Source: Octopus vulgaris | Lineage: Eukaryota | Direction: 5' to 3' | Assembly (NCBI GenBank): GCA_951406725.2 | Contig: OX597815.1 | Location: forward strand, 65,906,001-65,970,000 | DNA length: 64,000 nt | Notes under the pieces: generated by a model | What the model saw: the letters and a program-made list of their open reading frames with translations, nothing else | Told to the model about the DNA's origin: nothing | The model's database searches: none | Made by a program: the position numbers and the translations under genes | In this document: positions 40,537 through 54,779 of the stretch, one piece after another | Position numbering within the stretch: the stretch's first letter is position 1 | Layout: the number at the start of each line of letters is the position of its first letter

Positions 40537-40603
40537 TACATACATACATACATACAAACACATACACGCGCATATATATACACAAACATACATGTATGTA
40601 TAC

Positions 40604-40640
<37 letters not shown>

Positions 40641-41909
40641 CATATATATATATACGCTTCAACACACATATCCACATAAATGGAGAGAGAGAGGGGGTAA
40701 GAGCAAATGTAGGAATGAAGGCGATGTTATTAGCATATTTTCATTGGTCGGTTATGATTGTCTCAATAAATAATTAGTGGAAGCATTTCATCAATTTACA
40801 TGTTGGTTTATACTTATAAGAAATTATTTAAATCCATACAACGATCGGTTAAGGCGCGACTACTATCTCTTCAAACCACATTTTATTAGTAATACTGAAG
40901 TATATTTCGAGTTATTTCCGATAAATACAGTGAGAGATAGTAGAGTTCAGAATATCAGGGAAATAAATTAAACAGCAGGTTTTTACTGCATCGTGGACAT
41001 ATTTCAGTTGATAGATAATGAAGATAAGAGACATAGCAGTTTCTTTCATTTGATGTAGATCTAAATAGCTAGTACTACCGGCTGTAGTAGATCAAGAGGT
41101 TGTCAAATTTATTGTTTACATCTATATTAGTGGTGTGAAAGGAATTTAAGAGATAAATTGAAAATTTCAAAGGTGTCAGCAAAAGGAGGAATACTAGTAT
41201 TGAAGAAAAAAAGAAACAAGGAAATATTAATGAAGAGATAAAATTCGGAAGAAATGGGAATGGAATAGAATAAATGTACCGAAAACTTCATACCCTATCT
41301 CAGTACTCAAGTCTAGAATATTAGGTCATCTTTAATTAATATAAATAAACATTACATTAAAATTAAATCTCATGCATTAGTTAAAAAAGGGGGAATGAAT
41401 GGTTGGTTACACCAGAAAGAATTATTCGTATGGGATTTGAGAGAATGAAGAAAGCAGTACTATTTGAATTGAATATGTTATTTAAATTAGATACGTGGAA
41501 ATTTCAATGGGTAAGTTTAAGAAAGTTTTCTTGTGTACAAAGAAGTGGGAGTACCGGATCAATGATTAATTATTACGCTCAGTAATAAAATTAGATCTAC
41601 ATTTGAGAACTTCTGTTGCTTCTACGGAGAATTTTAACTATCGTCTGCCTCTTTTATGGAAAGAACTACCTATAATCAATTACAAAATTGAATAATTGAT
41701 ATTCTTTCCTTGAGATCCCACATAAATTTAGACAATGAAGTACTGTGTGCCAATGAAGTAGCGTGCCATTCTCTTATACTGCATGGTGGTTATGCGGTAA
41801 GTTTGAATTTGGATGTTATCACACTTATATAATAATGGACTTTATTAGATGTTTAACAGAATGCACATACATGCATACATACATACCATACATATATATA
41901 CATACACGC

Positions 41910-42045
41910 ATGTGGTAAGAAGCTTGCTTCCCAGTCACATTGTTCCGGGTTCAGTTCCACTGCGTTGCACTTAGTTGCACAAGTGTCTTCTACTATAGCC
42001 TCGGACCAGCATGACCGCAGTCAAATGACTGAAACAAGTAAATAC
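41910..42045 (+). mobile_element. SINE A, internally deleted
   Basis: Head fused directly to tail. Confidence 0.7.
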
Positions 42046-42055
42046 TAAATGATTG

Positions 42056-42121
<66 letters not shown>

Positions 42122-42126
42122 TTATT

Positions 42127-42239
42127 TAAAAGCAGCAGAAATATCACAAAAACTGTTACTCAGAGTTTCACATTCCAGGAACGGGAACGGGAACGTGAAA
42201 CTCTAAGTAACAGTTTTTGTGATATTTCTCCTGCTTTTA
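42127..42239. repeat. Fold-back of two hammerhead 3' halves
   Basis: About 45-bp inverted arms; acg-ggaa-cgt-GAAA-C-tctaa-G-TA-acag. Confidence 0.85.
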
Positions 42240-42319
42240 GATAAAGCATATTACTCTACCTATGGTATTTGAGTACTCTTTTTCCACCTTGTTTCACATT
42301 TATGTGCTAACTCCAGTAT

Positions 42320-42416
<97 letters not shown>

Positions 42417-42539
42417 CATACACACACACATACAGAGTCGCATATCCTTTACGGCCTCTACTGAACAGTCGTCTTGCATTCGTCAGACACAAATCAGCAT
42501 GCGTAATTACGTATATATAAAACATATATGCGCATGTCT

Positions 42540-42747
42540 TCTATCATTTACTTGTTTCATTCATTTGACTGCAGCCATACTGGGGCACCACGTTGAAAAT
42601 TTTAGTCAAATAAATCGACCCTAGCCCTTTTTTTTAAAGCATAGTACTTAATCTACCGATAACTTTTGCCGAACCGCCAGGTTACGGGAACGCAAACACA
42701 AGAATACCAGTTGCCAAGCAGTGGTGGGGGACAAATAAACACAATGG

Positions 42748-42783
<36 letters not shown>

Positions 42784-42949
42784 AACGACGGGCTTCTTTC
42801 AGTTTCCTTCAACCAGTTTTCTCACAAGGCTGTGGTCGGCCCAAGGCTATTGTAGAAGACACTTACCCAAGGTTTCACGCAGTAGGACTGAACCTGGAAC
42901 TATGTGGTTGGGAAGCGAGCTTCTAACCACACAAGCACGCCTGCACCTA
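42540..42949 (-). mobile_element. SINE A, full length
   Basis: Reverse complement match to 3343-3733. Confidence 0.8.
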
Positions 42950-42951
42950 CT

Positions 42952-43972
42952 CAGGGGTTGGACAAAATAATGTAAACACCTACATCACAATATCATAATT
43001 TTGAAATATTTATAAAACTGTCAAAAGCTTATCTATTTTTATGTTTTTTTTTTATCTATTAGTGTTGCTTAATATGTTTTGCTAAAATTGCTGTTTCTTC
43101 TCAGACATCATCAGAAAAAGGACTATCAGGACTTTCAAAGAGGTCAAATTGTTGGTGCTCGTATGGTAGGCGCAATGTAACGAAAACAGCCAAAATGATT
43201 GGTGTATCAAGAAGTACTGTCTGGAAAGGTATGACAGCCTTTGAGAAAGAGGGAAAAACTTCCTCGTCGAAACAAAACTCCGGAAGAAAACCAAAACTTT
43301 CAGATAGGGTCCGTCGGACTCTTACGCGAATTGTTAGAAAGGATCACAAAAGTACAGCTCCCAGAATTACTGCAGATCTTAATGACCACCTCGAGAACCC
43401 ACAAAAAACTGTTCGCCGGGAGTTGCACAAAGCCGGACTTCACGGGAGGGCTGCAATCAGAAAACTACTACTTTCAAAAACAAAAGTTGCAAAGCGTTTA
43501 GAGTGGAAACAGCTAAAAGAAGCATTTGACCCAGACTACCTTCTTCCGACTGTTAAACATGGAGGAGGATCAATAATGATCTGGGGTGGGGGTGGGGTCT
43601 ATAGCTTGGAAATCCGCCGGCCCAATGGTTTCCCTTCATGTCAGAATTAATAGTGAAGACTATTTAAGCATTTTATCTGATCAAATTCATCCTATGGTTG
43701 CGGAACTGTTTCCGGGGGGAAGCGCAATCTTTCAGGATGATAATGCACCAATTCACACAGCTAACGTTGTTGTTGAATGGCACGAGGAACATTCTACTTA
43801 TCTGGTCACCAAGGTCCCCAGATCTTAATATTATTGAACATTTAAGGTGCATTTTAGAAAAACAAGTAAGGAGTCGATATCCTCCACCATCATCACTACA
43901 AGAACTGGAGACTGTTTTAGCTGAAGAATGGACAAAAATTCCTTTGAAAACAATTCAAACTTTGTACGATAA
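42952..43972 (+). mobile_element. Tc1-like (DD34E) transposase pseudogene with left TIR
   Basis: TIR caggggttggacaaaataatg; SGRKPKLS, PTVKHGGGSIMIWG, FQDDNAPIHTA, SPDLNIIEHL. Confidence 0.9.
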
Positions 43973-44369
43973 GATGTAGACAGATAGATACAGAGAGGGA
44001 GATAGAGATAGAGATGGATAGAAAGATATAGATAGAGAGATATAGAGAGATAGAGATACGCGTGAAAAGCGATACGCACACATCTTTATTTTATATATTA
44101 GATGAAATTGTGATAATATTTTGACCAATGGATGCAAGGGAGACAACCAATTTCTGCAGGTTGCTTCGCAAAGAGTTACCTCGTTTTTCCACGTAACCCA
44201 GGAACGGGTATTTTCTGCCTGCAGGGGGCCCGTTACTCATTATGTGAAAAATCTTAAGAGTCTAAAACCATCTCTGGAACATAAATATGTTACCAGTTTG
44301 GAGAAAATCAATTGAAAAACACGGCCCTTATAATCTTTTACACATACATACACACACACAAGCAGAACA

Positions 44370-44484
44370 GGATTTGGTTCAGTCCCACAGCGTGGCACCT
44401 TGGGCAAATGTCTTCTACTATAGCCTCGGTTCGACCAAAGCCTTGTGAGTGGATTTGGTAGACGGAAGCTGAAAGAAGCCCGTC

Positions 44485-44487
<3 letters not shown>
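44370..44487 (+). mobile_element. SINE A 5' part
   Basis: Matches the SINE A head. Confidence 0.75.
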
Positions 44488-44534
<47 letters not shown>

Positions 44535-44582
44535 GTATGTGTGTATGTATGTATGTATGTATGTATGCATGTATGTAACTTT

Positions 44583-45058
44583 CGAGTGCTACTGGTAACA
44601 TGTAACCCAGTACAACCTGTTGCATGGTCGGGTCGTTGGCGACTAAACTGGCAACCCCACCAAACTTGCTTGGTGAGGAGGGTGTTTATTGGACAACCTG
44701 CGGGGTGAAAAACAAAAGCCGTCAAAGGGCGGAGGAACTCTCGAGAGTCAACGGCCATCCAATAAATGTCTTAAGGCTGTATCATGCGCGGAGACATAGA
44801 AATAATCGGACTGAATACCCGATCGCGCGGTTAAACCATTGGGAGTGAAGGACTCCTAGCGGCTGTTAAGGCATCTTTCTAGGAGAAGGTAACTCAGGTA
44901 ACTGGGATAACTCCGACATAAAATCTGCGGCTCAGTGGTCCTTTTCGGATTATGGCTACTGTTCCTTAGTGAGTGGGACAGACTCAGTGCACAGCCTTTC
45001 CTCACTTTAAAAAATATCTTCTTGCACAGGCATTGCATGATAACAACATTCATTAAGC
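44583..45058 (+). mobile_element. 5' leader of a non-LTR retrotransposon, homologous to the R4-like leader
   Basis: 44588-44762 aligns with 36088-36262. Confidence 0.7.
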
Positions 45059-45059
45059 T

Positions 45060-45124
45060 TAGCCTCGGGCCGACCAAAGCCTTGTGAGTGGATTTGGTAG
45101 AGGGAAATTGAAAGAAGCCTGTCG

Positions 45125-45190
<66 letters not shown>

Positions 45191-45371
45191 TCCCCCTAGC
45201 ATTGCTAGCGGTTCGGCAAAAGAGACCTAGCGGTTCGGCAAAAGAGACCGATAGAATAAGTACTGGGCTTACAAAGAATAAGTCCCGGGGTCGAGTTGCT
45301 CGATTAAAGGCGGTGCTCCAGCATAGCCGCAGTCAAATGACTGAAACAAGTAAAAGAGAAAAGAGCAAAAG

Positions 45372-45375
<4 letters not shown>
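45060..45375 (+). mobile_element. SINE A, 5'-truncated
   Basis: Body and tail match. Confidence 0.8.
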
Positions 45376-45418
<43 letters not shown>

Positions 45419-45455
45419 AATATAAAATATATGTGTGTGTGTATATATATATATA

Positions 45456-45489
<34 letters not shown>

Positions 45490-45715
45490 TGTAATTAGTC
45501 ACACGCTTCATACATACCAGATGCATACAGGTATACATATGTGTATTAACGTATACATAAATACATGTTTTTCAGCAAGGACCCCCTCCAACTCTACAAC
45601 TAGTAATGAGAACAAGTATTTAACTGAATGTAAAGAATGACAATGGATGTATTAGCATGTACTGTTGTGTTGTTTTGTGTTTAAAGTATATATGCATGCA
45701 TCCATGTTTGTGTTT

Positions 45716-45746
<31 letters not shown>

Positions 45747-45767
45747 CTTGTGTGTGTGCGTTATATA

Positions 45768-46982
45768 CCAGAAAGCTCGTAGACCAAGATATTCTCATAA
45801 AATGTGACCAAATGAGGATTAATTTTCAACATAGCCTCCCTTGCAGTCCACATACTTCTCCCACCGGTGCTTGGATCCCATTGTTAAAGAAGCTTTCATC
45901 CTGTTAGTCAAAAAAAGTCTTTAGCAGTAGATATGACGTCATCGTCACTGCGATACTGGTTCCAATCAAGTATTTTTTTCATATTGATGAACAGATCATA
46001 GTCATATGGGGCCAACTCAGGAGAATACGGCGGGAGTGATCAACCAGATCAAAGCCATAGTCATGCATAACAGCCATTGAAACCAATGACTTTTGTTGGA
46101 TGAAACAAGACCCTTTTCATCAGTTTTTTCTGGGCCTTTGGTCTTGATAACCTCTCGTAACTGCCTCATCAAGTTGGCATTGTGCTCTCCATTGATGATG
46201 TAAGCCTTTTGAAGATAGTCAATAAGCACAATATCTTTTGCGTCCATCACCTTTCCCGAAGGTGAAACGACCTTGGCTTTCTTTGGAGCAGGTAAGGAGA
46301 AGTGTTTCCACTGCATGTATAGTCCTTTATCTCTGACTCAAAGGGATGAATCCAACACTTATCCTGGAAACTAACTGGACCAACGTCAGATTTTCCCGTG
46401 GTGTGATCAGGTTGTTGCGCGTTTGATCAGATATCAGAAAACGTGACATCCACTGAGCAGAAACCTTTTTCGTGTCAAGTTCATTGTGCAGAATATTCTC
46501 AACTCACTTATTGGATACGCTAATAGCATTGGTTATTTGATTTATAGTCAGTTGCTTCTTATCCATCAACATGTAGTGAACACAATCAATATTTTCGTCG
46601 GTGACGGCAGCTGCAAGACACCCAGACGTTGAGTCATTTTCACGACTCTGTTTTCCCCCTAAATTCAGCAGCCCATTTTTGCACTGTCGATAAAGCTGGA
46701 GAGTCAACCCTTAGTGTAGCAACCATGTCAGTAGGAATGTCTTTGGAGGTTAAACCCTTTTTCTGAAGTACTTGATAACACGATAATACCAAATGTTGTC
46801 CTTTTCCAGAGAAACTGCTACCAGTTACTTTTGAAGTCTCCTTTAAACAATCAGATGTCAGTTTACCTGGAAAGAAACGATGAAGTTATTAATAAGAAGG
46901 GCTGAAATTAATACATGCAAAATTTAACAGCTCGAACATCACCCTTTCATAGTCAGCCTATGAACTTTTCAGCCCACCTACG
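45768..46982 (-). mobile_element. Mariner transposase pseudogene with one intact TIR
   Basis: TIR cgtaggtgggctgaaaagttcataggctgac followed by TA; QWKH..PAPKKAKVV..GKVM, IDYLQK..ING. Confidence 0.85.
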
Positions 46983-46983
46983 T

Positions 46984-47068
46984 ATACATACATACATACA
47001 TACATACATACATACATACATACATACATACATACATACATACATACATACATACATACATACATACA

Positions 47069-47101
<33 letters not shown>

Positions 47102-47195
47102 TCATACATACATACATACATACATACATACATACATACGTACGTACGTAGTACGTACAAACATACATACATACATACATACATACATACATACG

Positions 47196-47229
<34 letters not shown>

Positions 47230-47252
47230 CATACATACATACATACATACAC
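46984..47252. repeat. (ATAC)n microsatellite
   Basis: Visible. Confidence 0.95.
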
Positions 47253-47525
47253 AAATGTATATATGCGAGAATTGTATTTATGCACGTGTACATGTGTGTG
47301 TACACACACGTAAATATATTATGTATGTGTGTATTGTGTATGTGTTAGTGTGCGTGTGTGGGTATGGGTCTTTGTATGCATACATATATATATACACGAA
47401 TATACATATGCATATAAGCCTAACGCACACTAATATGTCATCATTAATATATGTACACACAAACATATATAGATATACAAACATATATCTATATACACGT
47501 ACATATATATACATATACACATGTG

Positions 47526-47620
<95 letters not shown>

Positions 47621-48194
47621 TGTATGTATGCATAAATGCAGGCTTTCTTAAAAACATGTATGCATACATGTTACCTATCCCCATATGCATAATCTATACA
47701 CATCTACATATATGCGGGTACATTTAGCACTTTCACACACACACACACACATATCCATACACGCGCGCGGGCGCGCAGACAAATATTGTATGTAATACTT
47801 TAGCTAAGCGCTATCCTCTAATGTAGTAGGGACTATTTAATTAGTGACAAACACACACCTACCCCAAACTATGAGCGTGTTGTAGCATTTTAACCGGGTA
47901 AACAAGGGGAGGGGCGTTGCTAAGCTTAGTGGATGAGGGTGGGTAACGGAGCCGAAGTAGAGGAAGAGGAGGTAAGTAGAAATGGGTGGGTTAGTAAGTG
48001 ACAGATACAGAAGGTGGTGGTAGCAGTAAGAGAAGACATAGTTGTGTATATGTGTATAGGGGTGCTGGGGGTGAGTAAACGTTGGATTATTTACATTATT
48101 ACACAACACGTGTAGGTGAGCGTGCTTGGTTTGGGGATTTTTTTCCCATGTCCATTCAAAGAAGTTTTCCTTTCTTACTGAGAGCTATTACAAG

Positions 48195-48590
48195 CGTACC
48201 ACCACGATATTCACCACCACCGCCACTACCATTACAATCACTACTACCATCTCCATCATTATCACCGGTAATCATCAATACCAACACCAACACCACTATC
48301 ATTACCGCTAGCTCCAACAATAATACCATCAACATCATCACTTACCATCACACCACTCTCTCCACCACCACCATCATCATTACCACCATCACTATTTTCA
48401 CAATCACCTTTCTCTCACCACCATCACCATGACCACCATAAATACCACCACTAAAACCACCACACCATTACCCCACCACCATCACCAACACCATCAACAT
48501 CCCATCGCACCCCGATTTTCACCATCGTCTCTTACGACAATCAATAACACCACCACTACCATCTCCACCACCACCAACACTATATCAAAT
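48195..48590. repeat. Degenerate (CAC/CAT)n low-complexity tract
   Basis: Visible. Confidence 0.8.
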
Positions 48591-49017
48591 AAGATAGGAG
48601 AAGGGAGAGATAAAGGAAAGGAAGAGAGTTGTTTTGTTGTCGTTATTGTTGTTTAACACTAGGTCTACACTAACCAAAGAGCCCACTGATCAGAGACGTT
48701 CCAACCGTTACAATTTCGCGTATTTTTTGTAAACTCTGTATCTAAGACTACATTATTCAAAGTCTCCTTTAAAACAGTAATGTTTGAGTTGAAGATATTT
48801 TGGTTGTTATTTCTAGCAAAACGAGAGGCTACATAGTGGTTCATTCTACGGTTTGTGCGGTGTTTTTCTTGTGATAGCAATGGGTTGGTTTCTGTAGTTG
48901 GGCAAAGAAGGATCCATTACCTCTGCAACAGTATCCACTGTATTTGTCCTCTATCTCTATCTATCTGTCTCTCTATGTATCTGTCTCTCTCTCTCTTTTT
49001 TTTCTCTCTCTCTCTAT

Positions 49018-49077
<60 letters not shown>

Positions 49078-49155
49078 TTTAGTTGAATTAGGTACTTAAA
49101 TTGAGGCACCTTGCCAGTTCGGTATAGACCGCGCAGCTCGAATTTAGATGAATAA

Positions 49156-50294
49156 AAAGCAAATAAGTATCAAGGATGTCCAGGTATCAGTGCATTACAG
49201 CCGTTTCGAGCGGCTTCATTTGATCGATCAATGAAAACATTACATCAATTTGAAAGAAAAATCTCTCCTCTGAAACAGACGACCATATAGATTTCCAATA
49301 TAAAGGATAAACCGTTTTTTAGTACAATTTACATCAGTACTAGAAACCAAAATAATTAGATTGATTGATTGATTCTAGTTTCAGCTTATGAACTGTGGCC
49401 ATGCTGGGGCACCGCCATTTAAGATTGTTTCCCTTTACTATGTTTGTGGCAGAATGAATTTAGGGAAAAATGTATACATATCTAAAACCTACTATAATTA
49501 AGAGAGTAACTGGGGGAAATAGTGGGGGTCAAGAAAAAGGAATGATGAGCTAGTTAATTTACCTTTATTTTATTTTATGCAGTATATAAGCTACAACTCT
49601 TTAGAGTTAAATATATTGGGAGTTGACAGTTAAGTTCCAGTTGATGGTGATAAATTAATTAACGTCGGATACTCTCCCCGACCCTTATTTTACTGGGACC
49701 AAATATCTCGCTTTATCTACATAAAAGGATATGTCTCAGAGCTGCTAGTAAGAGAATGATTGATGGAGAAGAGGGAGCGCGGGGTGGTTAGTACATATTT
49801 AGATTGTGAAATAAAAGGGGAATAAAGTTGAAAACAAAAGAGATCAAAATAAGTTCTAATGGAGGGAATTAGAACCTAGGGTTACAATGTGTATCATAAC
49901 TTAGCCAATTTAATGTATTAAAAATTTAGAAAAATATTTTAGAACAATATAAAGGAAAAAAGGATAGGTAAGTAAACCTTAAAATGGAGTACTTTAATAT
50001 ATAAGAGAACGTTCATAAGGCCTTTCCTAAGCATGTTGCTAAGGTGGTCATGATAAAACTATTCAACAATGAATTTATAAGTAAATTAAATTATCATCGG
50101 AGTAGGAGTACATAGTTTATATTAAATCAAAACCAGGATAATTATCCTTATTACAAGTGAATGAGTAGAAGATATCTAAAATATAGGATCGATTGTAAGG
50201 TGTAATTAAATTAAAGGTGAACTAACTGAAATGGAGCCGCTTGAAACTGTCGTAATGCATTGATCCCTGGATATCCTTGTTACTTATTTGCTTT
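49156..50294. mobile_element. Decayed element bounded by about 66-bp inverted termini, probably PLE-derived
   Basis: 49156-49221 is the reverse complement of 50229-50294; a related terminus lies at about 20864-20916. Confidence 0.55.
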
Positions 50295-50493
50295 ATATAT
50301 ATATATATATATATACTATAAAATATTTAGACACTAATACGAGCGATTATATATACTGTATTTTGACATAGTAGCATAAAATTCAATAAAAAAAAAATTT
50401 CTCACGAACATATATATGTCCAAAATAGTATTGTATTAAAAATATATGTAAATTATATGAAACCTGACAGTTTAAAAATTTATTAATGAATGT

Positions 50494-50583
50494 ATCTTAC
50501 GATCGTTTCACGAAAGTATTTTCATTATATTGGAATCCATTATTGATACACATTGACAGACAATACATCCTCTCGTCAGAGAT
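50494..50583 (-). ncRNA. Hammerhead motif, possibly with a core deletion
   Basis: Minus: atct-CTGACGA-gagg...ctttcgt-GAAA-C-GATC-G-TA-agat. Confidence 0.65.
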
Positions 50584-50806
50584 GGAAAAGATAAAGTTTT
50601 TATAATATATCGAATGTTGTTTTAAAATTAGAAAAATATATGAGAAAGTATTTTTGAAAAATAGATTAAAATTTACAGGTTTAGATTTATGCAGGTAGAC
50701 TTTGGTAAGAAAATTTAAAGTTTGTATATATATCCTTGGTAAGTTCATTTCAGTAATTTATGGCCGGTTTTGATATATGCAGGTAGACTTTGGCAAGAAA
50801 ATTTCA

Positions 50807-50882
<76 letters not shown>

Positions 50883-53559
50883 TATCCTTGGTAAATTCAT
50901 CTTGGTAATCCATGACAATTTTGTGTAAACACTACCTTATCCTGCATTCCATATTTGAGATGTAAAAGGTTAATCTTAGCTGAACCTAGATAAGTTGTTT
51001 ATGTACGATTTTTCTGTGGAAACTTTAAGAAAGTTTTATTGAATAAGCGTATACGACGGATTAATAACTGATCGTGCTGACTAATTGAATTAGATCTACA
51101 ATTAAGAATTTAAATTACAGCTACCACTGCCTGCTTAGTAAGAAAGAGTACTACCTACAATAGACACCGAAATATCATATTCAAGTGTTTATTTGCTACT
51201 GACCAGCATCCGTACTGTCTTACGGCATGGGTAGGCTGGGCAGTTATTCGAATGTACTACGGTTCTTGAGGGGTTCAATATTATGTATGCTACAGCTGTG
51301 TGTAGGGAACCCATTGTTTTACTCAGGGGCTTGTAATGCTATAAAGAATGCCCTGACTTGCCCAGTAAACTTCATATCCACTAGGATGGATAACCTTGCC
51401 GGCCCTTTCAGGTAATAATAACTATTTTGCCAATTGCAGAACTGACCAGCAAATATTCATAGAGGAACGCATGCTCACAGACGCACGCACTAACTGCTAC
51501 CACATACACGGACATATATATACCAAGGGATACACATACACACAACACACGGCTACACACACAGGCACATAAACAGGCACATACCCGCAGATACACACAC
51601 ACACGTACACACACACACACACAACACATCTACACGCACACCTAAAAACTCCCAGCTACACACAGATGCGGTGATATAGAAGAATTTTAAGTACTTTAGG
51701 ATATATAAATGTAGCATTAAGTTATAAATATTTAATTTCTAAATAGCACTCATCAAATAGGTACTGTATATGTATTTATGTATGTATGTATGTATGTATG
51801 TATGTTTTATATATGTATGTATTATGTATGTACATACATAAAACATACATACATACACACATGCACACATGCATACATACATACATACATACATACATAC
51901 ATACATACATACATACATACATACATACATGCATACATACATACAAACATACATAAATACATACATACATACATACATACATACATACATACATACATAC
52001 ATACATACATACATACATACATACATGCATGCATACATACATACTTCTGTAAAGTACGAATAATTAATAAATATTTGTTGATGATTAAATAACTAATTAT
52101 GTAAAATGTGTGACGGAAAAGGAATAACAAATAAATAATAAAGAAAATACAAATCTTCTTCCATATTTTATACAGTCGCTGATGTGCTAATAGTAAAACT
52201 AGACAAGTGGTAATGGTATCTTTATGTAGCTAATGTTTATTTTATTTTATTTCTTTCAGTTACCTCCATGGTTTACACCTGTGCACATTATGCGTTTGCT
52301 ATTCAAATATTTATCAAGAATAGGTTTTAGCCGCACCCTATATGAGTTGTAAATGCAGTTATTGAGTGATAATGTGTACACGTTGATAAATATAGCGGTA
52401 ACCATATTTTGGTCTTGCAAGTATACTAGCGGCCGTGAAAGTGACTTGGGATATTAAGTTATGTAACTTATGTTCTGAGTTCTAATCGATAAAATACTCG
52501 AGTCGATTTGACTGTAGCCACCTTCAAAATATGTGATCTTGTGCTTCTCTTAGAAATTGCACTTCATAGTATTAGTTGAAAGCTTTATTGAGCAAATCTG
52601 TGATTAAAGGTGTTCCACTCGTGACCGTTTCGTCTATTTTTTTTTTTCAAGAGACTATATAACTAGAACTGCATGTGTCTCTCTTTGTTTCAGACAACAG
52701 GGAGTGATTTGAAGGAGAATTGGCTACTATTTCTCTCAAATCGAGCAATCTCGTAGAAGTTTTATTGATAAGTGTTGATGGCAGTGATCGACAGAATCAA
52801 TCAGTAGAGCGCTCGGCAAAATGAATTACGCTACAAGTTCAAACCTCGTTTTGGTTGTCTTAGTATTTCATCTCTCTTGAGTCGATAAACCAATCAGACA
52901 AGTACTGGAGTTGTTTTTATTCAATTAGACACAGTCCTTTCTGCAAACTGTTTTAAACTCATTGTTGATTAACACAGAGCAGTTAATAGATAGAGCGTCG
53001 AACAAAATGTTTTGTGTTGTTTGTTGTGGCCCTTTCCATTCTGCGTTCAAATTCGACCCATGTCAATTTTGTCTTTCATCCACCCCTACAAGGATAGATA
53101 AAATGATTACCAGTTAATTACTTAAGTTGGTTTGATCGACTGTACTCCTACCCACCCAAACTTCTTGTTCTTTCTCAAAAATAATTATTACAATTACTAT
53201 TTAAATACGATGTCAGGAGTAAAACGGTAGTAGTTGCTGGTATGCGAATATGACTTAGTCACATATACTCTGCTTTCGCGAATTGTTTTAGATGACTGTG
53301 TAGTCGCTAGCAGACATAGACACCAAATTGGTCCGGCAGAACGTCGATGATGTGACTGCTGGTGAGAGCAGAACTGGATACACCTGCACTCAGCTGGCTG
53401 GTAGACATTTCAAGACATGAAATGAAGTATCTTGCTCAAGGACACAACGTGTCACTCGGCTCAGGAATTGAACTCTGGACCTTGTAATCTCGGGTACAAC
53501 ACCTTAACCACTAGATCATGCGATTTTATTGCCACAGGTAGAAGCTAATATATAATATT

Positions 53560-53965
53560 AATTTCAAATTTGACACGAGGTTAGCAATTGCGGGAGAGGG
53601 GTTAAGTCGATTACATCGATCCCAATGCTCAGTATGTAATTATTTTATCGACCCCGATAGGATGAAAGGCAAAGTCGATCTCCGCGGAATTTGAACTCAA
53701 AATGTAAAGACGGACGAAATGCCGCTAAGCATTTTGCTCGGAGTGCTAACGATTCTACCTTAAGCTAATATATTTTATATTAATTTCTAACAGAGATACA
53801 AGGTCTCATATTTTGGATATGATTACAGTAGTTCAGATCGACTACAATACTAAACTGGAACTTATTTTATCGACCCCTAGAAGTATAAAAGACAAAGTCG
53901 ACTTTGGCGAGATTTGATACCAGAACATAAAAGTACGTTGCTCTACCAATTCTGCAGTCCACCTC
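53560..53965 (-). mobile_element. SINE family D copies
   Basis: Reverse complement of 62330-62490. Confidence 0.75.
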
Positions 53966-54140
53966 ATTATATATAATGTTAGAACATACGGTTAGAAACA
54001 TAATATGGTGAATAAATAAACTACAATTAAGAATAAACACCCATTGATATATAGCAATTACTTAATGTCTGACCTATAAAGATAACATATGCATATACAG
54101 TATAATGTATTATATGTACTAAATGTGTATACGTGTGTAG

Positions 54141-54175
<35 letters not shown>

Positions 54176-54206
54176 GTCATATTCATATATGTATGTGTAA
54201 ATGTGT

Positions 54207-54257
<51 letters not shown>

Positions 54258-54779
54258 AGAGAGAGAGAGATGCATGCACGTATGTATGTATATATGTATG
54301 CATGTAAGCATGTATGTATGTATGTATGTATGTATGTATGCATGTATATATGTGTGTATGTATATATTTGTTTATGTATGTGTGCATGTGTTTGTGAGTG
54401 TGAATGAGCTCTTGTTTGCGTATGAGTATTTAGGTTGGTATGTATTTGGTGTGTAGGTAATTATGTCGGTATGTATATACTCTCTTATACATACATACAG
54501 TATGTATACTCTGTGTTTATACATACAGTATGTATATATATATATACATACATACATACATACATACATACATACATACATACATACATACATACATACA
54601 TACATACATACATGTATATTTAACAGAAACAACAGGGTCACTCAAGGGCCGGGTTTCGTGAGTAGGAAATTATATTGTATGTATTTTTTTATTTGTTTCA
54701 ATCATTTGATTGTGGCCATGTTGGAGAACCACCTTAAGTCGAACAAATCGATCCCAAGGCTGGAGTGTATCTAAGACTA

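Noticed and set aside
48082-48656. Thr/His/Pro-rich mucin-like ORFs
   Set aside because: Degenerate CAC/CAT repeat, open in several frames, no splice support
52260-52352. Possible exon after polypyrimidine-CAG (LPPWFTPVHIMRLLF...)
   Set aside because: Short, no recognisable homology and no partner exons; cannot be supported without RNA-seq
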